Of a stretch of 64,000 nucleotides of DNA, positions 25,801 through 37,641 are shown in pieces. The notes under the pieces are model-generated. The model had not been told where the DNA came from, did not search any database, and saw only the letters and a program-made list of their open reading frames with translations. Each line of letters starts with the position of its first letter. Position 1 is the stretch's first letter. The translations under genes and the position numbers were made by a program. Source of the stretch: Balanoglossus misakiensis (taxonomy: Eukaryota; Animalia; Hemichordata); the NCBI GenBank assembly GCA_040954595.2, contig CM082584.2, positions 3,724,110 to 3,788,109 of the forward strand, given 5' to 3'.

Positions 25801-26197
25801 ATCAACGGTGGCATTTGGTATGGGGATTCAAGTCAATGATATTGATATTGTTATTCACTGGGGTGTTAGCAAATCAATCCTGTCATACTGGCAAGAAGTT
25901 GGGCGGTGTGGAAGGGATGGGAGAAGAGCTGATGCATTTCTGTATGCCACAAAGAAAAGTCTAAATAAACAAAGGATTAGTGAAGAAGTTATTAAATTTT
26001 GTTCGCAACTTCAGAGTCCATCCGATAATTGTGTAAGATATCATGTGTTAAACCATCTTTTTGTTGATGGCATGGGCATCCATCAATTAGATAAGCTTAG
26101 AAATAGAGAAACATGCAAAGGCCCTCAACCAACAGGCAGCTGTAATTGTTTATTTCAGTCTTGTTGTAGTAACTGTAGAAAAAAGTGTTTACAGTAG
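16895..26197 (+). CDS. RecQ-like DEAH-box helicase of Academ copy 2 (6 exons, frame apparently intact)
   Basis: Exons 16895-17065 (LPTGFGKS Walker A), 17200-17347 (VVSPLRSLMINQ), 17490-17634 (DEAH), 24354-24524 (TAT), 25241-25363, 25621-26197 (motifs V and VI, Cys-rich tail). Intron 3 holds the 6.3-kb LTR element; exon 6 has a 9-bp in-frame deletion relative to copy 1. Confidence 0.85.
17908..18529 (-). repeat. 3' LTR (622 bp)
   Basis: I see only one substitution and one poly-A length difference versus 23578-24198. Preceded on the - strand by the purine tract AAAAAGGGAG (~18533-18542). Confidence 0.95.
18634..20358 (-). CDS. pol: Pol 3' part: integrase C-terminal GPY region, reverse transcriptase, RNase H
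   Basis: WKGPY; SPYASPVVIV...RICIDYRKLN; KIDLSKGYWQ; MPFG; FYIDD; TDASDVG...EKECLA...TDHQPL...ADFFSR. In frame with the upstream ORF across a single TAA (20373-20371). Confidence 0.93.
   Translation of the reverse strand: MPGQMVLVLLPTDNNKLLMQWKGPYKIDSVIGTNDYKVYVNGKYKTYHANLLKEYIHRVELDSDKASCSLPALNVASAAIIEYEEACTEDAVVGDDLLELNTCLSKETVADVKFGDKRTHEELESARVLVNEFRHLFTDIPGTTNIVQYHIHLTSDEPIRSRPYPVPYKIRESLKNDIQSMLEMGVIRESRSPYASPVVIVRKRDGSNRICIDYRKLNKVTVFDPEPIMTSNDVLHGLAGDKCFTKIDLSKGYWQVPVADGDIPKTAFVTPDGAYEFLKMPFGMMNSGATLVRGIRKMLGGMVHVVFYIDDILVHTRTWAEHLRVLRELFKRMSEAGFTARPSKCIVGADSIDFIGHHIREGHVSPYEDNVERVRNAQRPRTKKEVRSFLGLTGFYREYIPNYAAIAVPLTDLTKKGSPTRVAWGDAQEMAYKTLIQRITTKPILKLPDPDKQYVLRTDASDVGIAAVLMQAHDGKLFPVSFASKKLSDRERGYSTIEKECLAIVWAVRKYMMYLYGTEFVLQTDHQPLVYVDRAKFINDRVMRWAMFLQNYRFRVESIKGSDNHGADFFSRAV
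20371..21912 (-). CDS. pol: Pol 5' part: aspartic protease and integrase (HHCC zinc finger, DDE core)
   Basis: LRDTGCSG protease motif; AHDSITGGHMG...CRSCDIC; VAVDLVGP...HDMGTQF...NGLVEKFN. Confidence 0.92.
   Translation of the reverse strand: MYKNGELLLAGGKTIPLVHTACFQPLEAKMPTVKGKIGNTAVTALRDTGCSGAVVKREFVKDDQYTGKFCCMLMVDNTARTVPVAKIHIDTPYLTGEVEAQCLPDAIYDLVIGNVPGARAPGDPDTNWSGKCAVVTRAMAKKSDQCKPLKVPAGSKCLDVCKEKLIEMQRSDSALDKYWSLNTPEVKGEREVVFLVRGGVLYRQYTHPYLNHGTPVKQIMVPKALRNQVMSVAHDSITGGHMGIKKTTDRVLTNFYWPGIHGDITRFCRSCDICQRTISKGKVIKVPLQKMPLIDVPFKRVAVDLVGPIHPPSESGHRYILTLVDYATRYPEAVPLKRISTEDVAEALVDMYSRLGIPEEILHDMGTQFVSECMREVSRLLGIRGMSTTPYHPICNGLVEKFNGVLKSMLKRLCSEQPNQWHRYIKALLFAYREVPQESTGFAPFELMYGRTIRGPMHILKQLWTTKTDETEVRNSYQYVFELRERLEQTLKIAQAELLKSQQRYKHYYDRGA
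21861..23096 (-). pseudogene. gag: Gag: coiled-coil N-terminus, capsid/SCAN-like region, two CCHC knuckles; frameshifted
   Basis: Start MEKFIDIGSGLGL at 23096; PKLPAFVDGKDELDSYLLRFERFA; CYRCKGYGHLSKDC and CHNCGRLGHKAQTC. Frame breaks at a GA repeat (~23005), a G5 run (~22826) and an A5 run (~21904). Confidence 0.85.
23559..23575 (-). promoter_or_regulatory. Primer-binding site complementary to the tRNA-Pro 3' end
   Basis: TGGGGGCTCGTCCGGGA, 2 nt downstream of the 5' LTR; matches the canonical tRNA-Pro PBS (as in MLV). Confidence 0.92.
23578..24198 (-). repeat. 5' LTR (621 bp)
   Basis: Direct repeat of 17908-18529, adjacent to the PBS. Confidence 0.95.
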
Positions 26198-29100
26198 TTT
26201 AGGAGACAAATTTACACTGATAAAGTCTAGAAATTCTGAATATTAAAGTCCACTCATTAATTGAAGTAAGATTAGGTGAAAGATATCAATACATGTATGT
26301 CATTCATTTTTAAAATTACTGTTCCTTCGTGGAGGCGTAAGGCATTCTTTTTTCTGCTTTATGTCCCCTTTGGTGGTAGATGATAATCATTCCATGGCTT
26401 CATTCAAGGACAAACTGCATTTTTAGAGTTTATTTCATTATATCCTGTTAATTATTGGTAAAAATAGACTCACCTTTGAACTCATTATTCAGGAATTCTG
26501 TACCCAAATCCATGGCAATATTTTTGCCTGGTCCTCCATGTAAATTAATTGTCCTGTTCCATATAACTTCATTTGCTAATCTTGGAGGTAACCATCCATG
26601 AACACCTGACAACCAATAACATTACTGAATGATCAACTGAGAACTGTTGTAAAGAATATCACATTCAAAAATGCTCTAACAAAATTCACTGTGGATGATG
26701 ATGACATTCGCACTCTATAGTTTACACCTGGTGTTTCTTTTCTGTATTCTGTGACTGACATATTCACATAAATCTGTAAACTGTCTTTAACATGTTCAGG
26801 GTATTGTCATAAAAACAACCCTTCTAACTTTGCAGTATCCCTGAATGAAGTTCTACACTGGAAATCTGGTAATCAAGTTACTTTAACAAAACATCTGTCT
26901 GTCAGGCTGTTCGATCTGTAATATGCAAGTCCTATTTGTTGAGATGGCAAGTATTCAGTTTGTATATGGGATGATTCAAGGTGTACATGTCTAGCCTGAA
27001 ATTCAACAGTGTACTATAGCACAGAGCAGTTTGCTGAAACACACATGCATAGTTTGTGGACTTTTGCAACGTCAGCAGGCTGTATGGAGTTGAAACATTG
27101 TACATGTAGTTAACAGTTATTAGAAAAATAGTGTACGAAGTTTTACAATTCCAATAGTTATTACCAGTAATGAGCCTGTGGCCTAGAATCAGGTACTTGT
27201 AATGGTTCCTTTGCCAAAAGTTTAACATATCTATCTTCCAATGCTCTATCATTGCAGGGCCATCATTTTCCCTAATGGCATCACGTCTGACCAAATCATT
27301 TAATCCTCTCCACAGCAGACCACAGGAATAATTGTACAGATGGTCATGATTTTTGTTGTCACATGTATCTGTATTGTGCCTTGGAATAGTATTATCTGTG
27401 AACCAAAAAAGTAAAAATTAAGTGAAACTGATATGATCTTCCTCATTTCAAAAAACTTGTATATTTCTCAAGATGGCTTTATACTTACAATATTTTGATC
27501 ATATTGCATCAAACATAAAATTTTTGCCAAATTTAACTCATTTATTAATATTAAGTACATATTGACACAGTGGGTGCCCTGCATGTAGAGTTGATGAAAT
27601 TTACTTCTTAGTTGTGCTCAATCATTGCTAAAAATGTGATTTTTTATGATGTCATTTAAACTTCTGTAGACATTTTCAAAATCTAACATTGAAAAAAACA
27701 CTAGTGTGTAAAATTTAAAAGAAATAGCAGACAGGTTACCTCTACATGTGTCAGTACAAAACCATTCCTCAGGGTCATCTGGTAAGGTATCCTCTGTTAA
27801 CAGCACACATGGAAGATGGAACCAATCTCCATAACTGCATTCAGCATTGCTGCATTGTATCATCACACCACCAACATCTGATGAAGAAATGTTATTTTAA
27901 AGCTCAACTAGCTGTAGCATTTAGCTAATCAATGCTGGTTACTATCTGTAGGGTCTTTTAGTTTTAAGTCTGGATGTCAACGGAATGACTTCACTAAACA
28001 TTTATCAGACAATTTTTTTTCAGTAAAGAAATATATTTCAAATAAAATTGTTAAACTTAATAACATTTTCAGATACCTTCTTTACAAATGCAATATCTGT
28101 AGTCATCACTGTCATCATCACCATCATCTCTGCCAACTGTGTGAATCTCCCCTCTGTCACCATTGGTACCATCTGTCTCATCTATATCATCATGTCTCGA
28201 CTCTTGCTGTATAAGTTCTTCCAAATCAGTTGTGTTCATCTGTACCCATATTTCTTCGATGACATCTTTACAGATTTTGCTCAGATATTCTGTACGCACC
28301 TGTAATGGCTCTTCAAAGACGGAGTCACGCGGTTGACTGTCAAGTGATGACAGCTGTAGTTTTTTCATGGTAATCAGGCAAACCAGACCTTCAGTTACAA
28401 ACTTCAGAAAGTCTGTAACATGATTGAAGCAATCCATTACCTTCTGCTTAACTGCTCGATGGTTGAATGCATTCTTCGCATGTGCCAATGTTGCTCTGTC
28501 TGCTGCACTTCTTGGATCATGGAATTCATCCATTAAATCCTAAAATTTAAATTCACAATATAAAACCAGAAAAATATGCCAAATTAGCAGTTGTCAGCCC
28601 TTTACCAGTCAAAGACTGACAGTCCTTCTTTAAGCCACAGTAGCTGTAACTTTGGACATCTTTGTTGCCCATGATGGAAACCAAGTAGAGAATGTACATA
28701 TACAGCACAACTAGGATGGAATAGAGAATTGTTATCTTCTATGGGAAGCGAAATGTATGTTTAATCCTTTCGCTTAGCCTTACATGAAGGGTAAATTAAC
28801 AGCTTACTTGTAGAAGTAGTCCTCTCTTATGGAATTCTTGCGAGACTGGTTCTAGGCCACGAAGACGTCCCCTTTCAGTTGTACAGCCGGCTCTTGCTCT
28901 CTGAGCATCCACATGTCTTTCAATAGAGAGACCATCTCCCTGGCACATAATGACATGGTACTGTCCATTGGCAATACCATCAGTGACATCATTAGGTGTA
29001 TTTATTCTTGGGACATACTTGTGAAGCCAATCGAGAATACTGATTACACCTTGCAGTGATGACGGATTTTCCTCACAAACTCCAAGGTTGACCTGAATTG

Positions 29101-32100
29101 AATAGAAAGTGATGAAGTTTATTAAAGTCAATACCTTTGTTTGGGAGACAATGTCAAAGCTATATCACTTGCATGCAAGTATTACTCCACTTTGATGGGC
29201 CAATATGCACATTGGCATATATAACAAATCACTACATTGTTTAAAGCCACAGCAGCTGTAATTTTTGACAATTTTTCTGCCCAATGATCTATTGAACCCA
29301 TGCATGCGAAGAGTCAGCAACAAGCAAGGGTCTACTAATAAAATGTACCCTGATGCACACTAGAATGCTTACGGGGCACATTGTTTGTCAACATAACTGA
29401 TTATCACAAGGAAAGGATACATGTTGCACACTGCGGTCAAATAGTGGGTGATCGGTTCTCCATGATTCAGTATATGGGTATCTATATGAATAGGTTGTTA
29501 TTTGTAACAAATTAGTGAAAATATCCTCCATAGTTAAAGCTGCTGTGCTGTCCCTTTAAGTAAGATGAGATAATTGACTGACTTACAAGATCACTCCTTT
29601 TGGCCGACTCACTTGAGTATTCATGTGGCACATGGGCTTGAACGCAGCTGATGTAGTACTGGTTAAAATGAACAAAATGTTCACAAATTATCCTCGAAAC
29701 GAGTGTTTCCAAACGACTTCTTAGACGGTTGAAAGTCTCCCTTGAAGGCAGATATGTCATCAGAGGAATTTCAGATGCTTTTAGTGTGTTCCTCTCATCA
29801 TCCAGGTGTCTGAAAGAAATCCTATTCTTTGCTGCATATGCCATGGCCCACATAAGCATCTTGTTCTTTCTTGTTGTTGACTGATGACGTGCCACAGTCT
29901 CTACTTGGACATTGTCCCATGCCAATGAGAATCCTGGATCTTAAAATGAATGAAGTGGTTTAGTATTGCGTGTATTATTTTCCTTCAACTAAACATTCAT
30001 CCAATCATTCATCCATTCATTCCTTTTTTCACTCAGTCATACATGTACATTTGTATATGCAATAACACATGAATTCATAGATTTATTCAAGTTATCTGCA
30101 ATGCTATAAATGCACTCGAAAGAAGCAATTTACATGTCCTTGTGACATGCTGGTTTGCCTTTTAGTGAAAATCTGATTGTACTCAGGATAGCTACATTCT
30201 AGTTGTGGACACATTTATTGTTTTGCTTAAAGCCCCATGAGCTGTAACTTCTGGGATTTTTCTCATTATTTTTGTTCTGTGTGTCAACTACAGTTTCTTG
30301 TTTGAATCCCCATTAATTTAAGCATGAAAAAACTCAGTATTTAGCTATCAACACAACTACATTATAATTGTTGAAAATTGTATTCAAGTTCAGACTAGAA
30401 TTCGTTTGTTAACAATAACAATGGTCATTTCACATGAATTAGTAGTGTTGGCAAAAACCGTAGTTAAGCACAGAATAAGAGTTACATACTGAGAAAATAG
30501 CCACAAATTACCACTATCCCTTTCATTAAGTTAATATTGAATATTAACAACTTTACATCAAACAGAAAACAGCTATAGAAAAAATCAGTATCACAAGGAG
30601 AGTACCAGGATGTAAAATTACGTAAAAGATTCTTTGAAAACATACTTAACTCTGCAACCTGGCTTTCATCACCATGTACATTGTTCTGGGTCCGTATGTC
30701 AGTTTCTGTTTCTGGAGTTTCTCCAAAGAGACATCTTGCAGTTGCTGTCCTGGTAGGGGCTGGTTGTTGCCCAGGTTCATGTTGATTCTATAGAGTAAAT
30801 GTTATTTCTCACTTGAAAGTCACATTACATGTGTGGAAAGGTTTTGTATGACAGGAGAACTATTTTGAATGTCAGCTGTGATTACTACCAAAGTTGATAA
30901 ATCACAATCACAACTAACAGTGCTATGTACATGCAGCAGATCATTTTCAATTTAAACAGCATTAGCAAGTAATTTTCATTTTGTCTTTGTGAAAACTGTA
31001 AAAGTGTTACTATTATAGATGAAAAATACTTACAGTCTTCTCTGATTCTATGTCATTGATCCACTCTTTTATTTTGCTGTCATGGGAATTTTTCAGCCGG
31101 TCAACAACCATACGTGCCCCTGTCTTGGATAGGCAAATACCCAACTTGTTGAAACACTGGAAAAGCTGAATGAGAGAACATGGAGACATTACATTTGATG
31201 AATTACTTTGAAATCTTGGGCCAGGGAATTCACAGATTACATGACTAGGCTAATGTAGAAATTTGGGCCATGTTGTCCAGCATGAACGTTTCTTGAGCCA
31301 CTACATACTACTCCCTCAAGCAGGAAAATTAGGATTCTATAAAATTTTATTGAACTCTCTGGAACTTTTCTTGTATGGGATTTTCATTTTTATCATATCC
31401 TATTGCCAACAAGCCTGAAAGTAAATGAAATGCAGGGTACACTGTGAGATGTTTTTTTAGTAACAGTGGAAATATTTTAACCACTTACTCTTTCACTGCA
31501 ACCATTTTCCACATTTGTAATGAATTAACTCCAGCTAAAAATCTGAACTTGGAAGGAGATCTTATGTGCAATAATGTGAGGAAAAGACTACCAATTTGGC
31601 TGGTTGTTGGATGTTGTATGCTTGCTGTAATTCTGTCAATAAAAGTAACACAATATAAACCACAATGTCACAGCCATAAAGGGAATAAAATTTACCTTTG
31701 GAATTACTACCTGTCAGGTATGGTTTAGCATGCGTTTAAAAATGAAGTATTATTATATCCATACATATACGTGACACTAAGAAATTCATGATAATACTTA
31801 CAAGTTTCTGTGATTCTTTAGCATCATAGATAATAAACAAGTACATGTAAATGTAAATGGCATTTCTTGCTTTAACTCATTGATGATGTTATCCCAAGAA
31901 AATGTGGTTAAGTTTTCCATGGTAGCTGGCTTTGAAGTCTGCCGTTGGCCTTTGGAGTACCCTTTCACCTCTTATTTGATTATCTTTGTGACAACAGTCA
32001 TTAGAGCTCGCTTTGCTGATGAACTACTTCCTGCCAGCACGGTGAACGCTTCTTTGTATTTCGACTGTTGGATACATCTTATAGCCTTTCTTCTGCTTGA

Positions 32101-33041
32101 TGTTACCTAAAGACAGGCATGGATGAATTGACTGATTTTACACATCTTCGTAAAACGTTTTTTAGTATAGTATGGAGAAAGGAATCAACCAAAATGCTTA
32201 GGATAATGTTAGTTGTACTGTATTTAGTCATAGCTACAGAACTTTTGTTTGTTTTAGCATCACCACGTAATATGATTTCTAGTATGGTAAGTCAAAAAAC
32301 AGCAATTCATATAATGTATTTAGACAGACAAATAAAATAACTTTGGATTTAATGAACACTTTTGTAAAGGCCAACTATTTCACATTAATATTGGAAATCA
32401 AATATTGAAATGCAGTAATACCTGTCTAAACTGAGCAATGAAGGGACTGAGGAAACTGTTCGGTTGGTTTACAGAGGTGTCTGGTTTATAGAGGTTCCTT
32501 AAACATGGTATTCTATGAGGAAGGGACTAGAAGAGGTGTTTAGTATAGACAGCTTTCAACATTAGAGAGAGTTTGGTTCAGACAGGTTTCACTGTATTGA
32601 TATTTGTTTACATCAACAATGCATGGCCACACAGATCCAAATTGTCGTTCTTACCTTTGAAGTGTTTGGTACTTTTACCGGTAAGTTCTTCAGTGGTGTT
32701 CCACTTATTCGTCTCCTCTTGTATTGCAATGGTGATTTCACTGGTGATCTTAAAGGAGAAATCTTCTTTGCCATGTAGGATTCCTTCCCCTTGCTCTCCC
32801 GAAAAGATTGGGAAAAACTGCCATATTTTCCCCTGGAGCTTTGAATGTTCGCCAATAGATTCGCACAACTTGTGCAAATGTGACGAACCTTACCTGGGGA
32901 GGCTTTTAGGTCAAATTCACACTCCAACACCTCAATAGCTGTCAATTTTGAGTGTGGCAGTTTAGAGTCTAGTCTCTGCCTATGGAACCCTTTCTGTTTG
33001 ATGGCAAAATTGCCACCACAATTAACACAAGCATTCTCCAT
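24653..33041 (-). pseudogene. Academ transposase with PHD finger, copy 2
   Basis: Same 12-exon structure as copy 1; last exon 25002-24653 is open to ...DILPVD*. Shares the exon-2 TAA (31974-31972) and the exon-3 frame defect. Confidence 0.85.
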
Positions 33042-36000
33042 TGCAGAGAATGTGTAATGTGACAAGGACTGATTGTGGGATTGCTTTTATAATTACTATG
33101 GAATTCGAGGTATGCAGTAATCAGTGGTTATGACAATATATGACAACTGTTTCCAATTAATTACTTTCATAATGTAAGAAAGCAGAGACTACAAAAAATG
33201 ACATTAAAAGGCAATGCTTTTGTAATAAATATTTAATCGATGTTTAATTTAAAATAATTATATTAAAAATAATCATGAAAAGAAGACTAGTACAAGAATT
33301 TACTCAGAAAGTACGGAAAATTTAAGAAATTTAACATGTTACAGTTTGTTTTAACTTTCTCCTAACTCTGAGCGCTAAAAATAGTTTTCGGCAAACTTTC
33401 GCGCAAAGGCTCCTGGGTAAACTCGTTGGGCAACGAGATTCAAAATGGCGGCGTTCTTAGGGATCTTCTCGCATAAACATCGAAAACGGGCCTTAACGCA
33501 AGCAATCATGCAGATTTTAGCTCAAATTGCTAGCGACTGGAGTACTCGAGGCCAGTGACGAAGATCGACGCACGTTTTGAGTTCGAAATCGGCAGTTTTT
33601 GGTAAGGAGAGTGACCCTTCCGATACAAATCCGCGAAGTTTCGCCAGTTTTGTCTATGGAGCTTTGCAGGGCTGTGGGTGGAGGGCTCGCCGTAACAACA
33701 CAGCCCTGCCACGCAGAGCTAGCCTTATCAGTACTGTCCACCTCCTCCAGTGCAAGTTTGACTTCGCCGTGACTGGGCAAGAAGAACTTCTCGTCTTCCG
33801 AAAGAACTTTCACTATAACATTGATCTGTAGGATAAATTTCCGTTAAAAAAAACTTTAGTAAACTGCGCTGTTGGTACATGTGACACACGCGTCACTGTG
33901 CCCTCAATAGGCGTGGAGTGTTAAATTCTTACCAATCATTAAGGCAGAACGTTCCTCTTGGACATATTTTCAGAAAAATTATAGTCCTCCAAACTGTTCA
34001 ATGCTTTGCTATATTAACGTCTGTTTGAAAAAATAAGAAAACTGGGTTCGCTCAGTCTTGGTTCATGAAAATCGCTCATTTAAATTTTCTCCATAGACCC
34101 AATACGCAGGTTGGCAGCCATTTTGTATTTCGAATTTGAGACAATTTGAGTGGCAATTTTGCTCTGTAATTCAAAATTGGCACGATGACCCTCAATTATA
34201 TTCTCAATTTTAAGAGAGGATATCCTAAATTCTCTTGAGCAAAATGTGAGGGAAAATTTAAGACTATGATTTTCGAGGCTCATTCCCTTAAACATGAGTA
34301 CACTTATCGGTCACGTGGGAAATCACCAAAAACAAACAAACATCTAACTCTGGCTCACCCCCGGCGACGGGTTATTAACGATGGCAGATGACGTCACCAT
34401 GTCGATGGCGACGCCACTGTCGGATTCCACTCGCCCCCAGCAACCGACACGGACGTCGCCTGACAACACGGTGACTCTAGTGTCGGTCAATCTGATTAAA
34501 ATCAGATGTAGGGAACGGCGACGTGGTCTTTTTTCCCTACATCTGATTTTAATCAGATTGGGTGTCGGTGTCCTTGCAGTAGTCCAGCAACGTCTTGATG
34601 AGACGCCTTCTTTCGTAATCGTGATGTGGTGTCGCCCAGTGGTCGATGATGTCATATTCAAGATTCTGATAAAAAAGAAAATACCAAAAGCATCTTAACA
34701 AAACGACAACGACAACGCGACGAAGCAACTTCAAAGACGACTTTGCTTATGTAGACACCATTAAGACGGTTATGAAGCGTCTCAGATCAGATACCATCTT
34801 AAAAAACACGTGTGGACGGTGTATAGTGGTTCTGTAACGGTTTAGATTTGAGACGGCTTTGCCGGTCGGTCAGACCTGAGCCGGTAAAAGGATTAACACC
34901 TCGCCGCAACCCATCGTCTATTGCTGAGTTCACATCTAGGCCCATGGCCGGGCAAAACTAATCCCGATGATTGTGACAAGATAAGCTAATCTTTAGTCCC
35001 CGTTTACATTGTGTTTGGCACAGTCCTGGCCAACGTCGTCTCGCCAACCTTTGACCTTATAAAGCAGAGCCATGTTGGTCCTCTTCTGGTTGTTTATACG
35101 ATTTTCACCATGTCAAATGATAGACTCAACTGTTTATGTCAATTGTAAAAGGTGTCAACTGGGACCAGAGTCGGACAAAACGTGTCCACACACACCAGAC
35201 CAGAGTCGACCACAAACCACCCCATTCGACTGGGACCAAAATTGTCCAGACAAGGGTCAGCGAGACCTGTTCACATCTGTTTGTTTGTTTTTGCTCGGCC
35301 ACGTACCTTGCTAGGACAAGGGCCTAGCCTTTTTTAGGAATGTGAACAGCCTAATTGGGAATGAGCCTCAGCGCCTATTCATAAACTTTGTGTGTGCGGA
35401 CACGAGCGACTCAAAGGATTAATGCTCTGTGTTTACCATAGGCAAAAAGTGTCTCAATTTCTTTCGTGAGTGAACCTGGTAACACTCTGTGTCCGGCGTT
35501 CAATTTGTGTCGACCAGCATGAAGCAACACAAGTCGATCAAGAAACCGTTGCTGAACGATGCCGCTACTGTCCCCTCAAAAATAAACTTGTAAATACGAT
35601 ATGGGCAGATAAAGATTTGTGCTCAATCTCACCCCGAGACCAGAAATTATTATTTTGCGTACTAAACATTTGAATTAGAAAAACTGCTCGTCGATTGTCG
35701 TTCAGTTGCAACTGGAGTAGGATGAACAATGAAGTTGGTTGGGGACTACTCAGATAGACGCAAATTACTCTCCGTGGACATCTGCTGGTAGACAGATATT
35801 TCAGTCTAATTGTGTTAGAGTTGTGTCAGACAGATTCCGTGGGCAATTACATGTATGCTGGTAGACAGATGTTCCAATCACCTACAAATCATATATATTT
35901 ATTTACAGGTCGAACTGATGGAGTGATTATGGTAATTGTGTCAGATATGCTGCAGGATAATTCTGGGAGTGGCCCATTCCTGACCATTTTCGTGAGTGTA

Positions 36001-36177
36001 GCGCCGGCAGTGTTAGTTTATTGTTAATTAATTCTATCGATATTTTGGCTTCCCCAGGACGAGTCCTTCTCTATATACCTTCAACGGCATTGCGACTGTC
36101 AGATTATCGGCCGATTTATCATCGCCAGCGAAGTAAACAGCTGTTGTCAACGACCATCACAAAGTCACTTTCCTTGC

Positions 36178-37641
36178 ATGACATCAGCTATGCAAAGTTT
36201 CCACCCCATTACTTCACAGGGCGCGAATGCTGATTTTCGTGGTCGACACGCGCCTGTGCCGTGTTTCCGAAAAATGAACGGATGTGAACGTATGCACGAC
36301 ATTTTATCGGAACACGGTCTCTGGGGTATTGTAGTATACTTGCAATTGAATAGCAAAGTTGAAATTACGAAGGACATTGTTCACAAGGCACTGGATGACC
36401 TACGCAAGAAACATGCTGCATTGAGATCAAGAGTTCTTGTTTTGCACGATGAAGATGGCAGTGAAACTGACCGGTGTTTCGCAGAGATGGCAAACGGCGG
36501 AATTATCGATCTTCGTGTATCAGATCACACCGTGAACGATGTGGAAGCTGCCATGTCTCGATCTCTAAGCGATGCCATCAACCGCCTCCAAGGCCCTTTG
36601 TGGAACTGTACAATGTTACAAGGAGAGTGGTCCGAGAGCGACACTGGCGATCGTGAGTCGTACAAGGCTGCTTTCACGTTTCAGTTTCACCATTCAATTG
36701 CAGATGGTGTTAGTGCAGTTCACTATGTAGGTCAATTCCTAGAAAATATCAATGCCATTGTGGACGGATCCTTTGAGGCAAATATACAGCACAGAATTCA
36801 GAGTGTACCTTTTCCTCGAGCAGTAGAGGATTTGATTTCAATACCGGAGAATATGAATGTAATTGAGAAAGAGGTTAAAACGATGCAGGAGCAATCGGCA
36901 CCGAGTTCAGGTTTTTCAGATACTTCTATGAATGATGATTATGTCACGAGTGTCGAAACAAAATTGATCAACTTCGAAATGTCTGAGAATTTGATGCCAA
37001 AACTGAAGCAGCAGGCAAGTCAAAACAATGCAAATCTCAATTCATTAATAATAGCAGTAATTTCATCAGCTTTTGCTAAAATAGTTAATGATGGAAAACC
37101 TATGGATGTTAATTTGCATATTGCCTACAGCTTGCGAAGGTATTTCAAAGACAAAGAAAATGATAAAGATTTAGGTGTTTACTACAGCGCAGAAAACATT
37201 ACGACAAATATGAGTGAAGACTCGATTGGGGGTGAATATTTCTGGAAACTTGCGAGGTGGCTTAAAGGAAATCTGGACGATAGATTATCGGGTCAAAGAC
37301 CAATATCAAAGCTATCAAGGCGTCAGTTTATGGACACTTCGAAGTTGATCAAACTTTCTAAACAGCGAAACAATCTTATTAATGATACATTATACATATC
37401 AAATTTAGGACGGCTTACTCCTCTGGAATGTCACAATGACCGCAAAGTCGGTGTTGATAAAACTTATAGAGCGTCGAGGGGCACATTCCTAAGTTCTTGT
37501 AATATATTTATCTCGGGCTGCGGTGGCAAACTTTTTGTTACGTTACAATACGATACAAATACTGACCTGCATAGACGTGGTATGGCAATGTTATTTGCAG
37601 AGGAAATCAAAGGGATGTTTGAAAGCATCGCATTAGTTTAA
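36178..37641 (+). CDS. Intronless CoA-dependent acyltransferase, condensation / alcohol-acetyltransferase / PapA5-like fold, 487 aa
   Basis: Uninterrupted ORF; FHHSIADG active-site motif (36688-36708), AL..L.KKHAALRSR, GPLW and C-terminal ISNLG. Confidence 0.85.
   Translation: MTSAMQSFHPITSQGANADFRGRHAPVPCFRKMNGCERMHDILSEHGLWGIVVYLQLNSKVEITKDIVHKALDDLRKKHAALRSRVLVLHDEDGSETDRCFAEMANGGIIDLRVSDHTVNDVEAAMSRSLSDAINRLQGPLWNCTMLQGEWSESDTGDRESYKAAFTFQFHHSIADGVSAVHYVGQFLENINAIVDGSFEANIQHRIQSVPFPRAVEDLISIPENMNVIEKEVKTMQEQSAPSSGFSDTSMNDDYVTSVETKLINFEMSENLMPKLKQQASQNNANLNSLIIAVISSAFAKIVNDGKPMDVNLHIAYSLRRYFKDKENDKDLGVYYSAENITTNMSEDSIGGEYFWKLARWLKGNLDDRLSGQRPISKLSRRQFMDTSKLIKLSKQRNNLINDTLYISNLGRLTPLECHNDRKVGVDKTYRASRGTFLSSCNIFISGCGGKLFVTLQYDTNTDLHRRGMAMLFAEEIKGMFESIALV

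Larger units (their letters stand above)
16164..33721. mobile_element. AcademHP-type DNA transposon, copy 2 (interrupted by an LTR retrotransposon)
   Basis: Same TAG...CTA ends; TIRs 16164-16498 and 33383-33721; same TSD GCCTTATCA at 16155-16163 and 33722-33730; same flanks as copy 1. Confidence 0.93.

Noticed and set aside
36178-37641. Bacterial contamination or an NRPS cluster
   Set aside because: It is embedded among spliceosomal-intron genes and animal transposons, with no adenylation or carrier domains and no operon structure.
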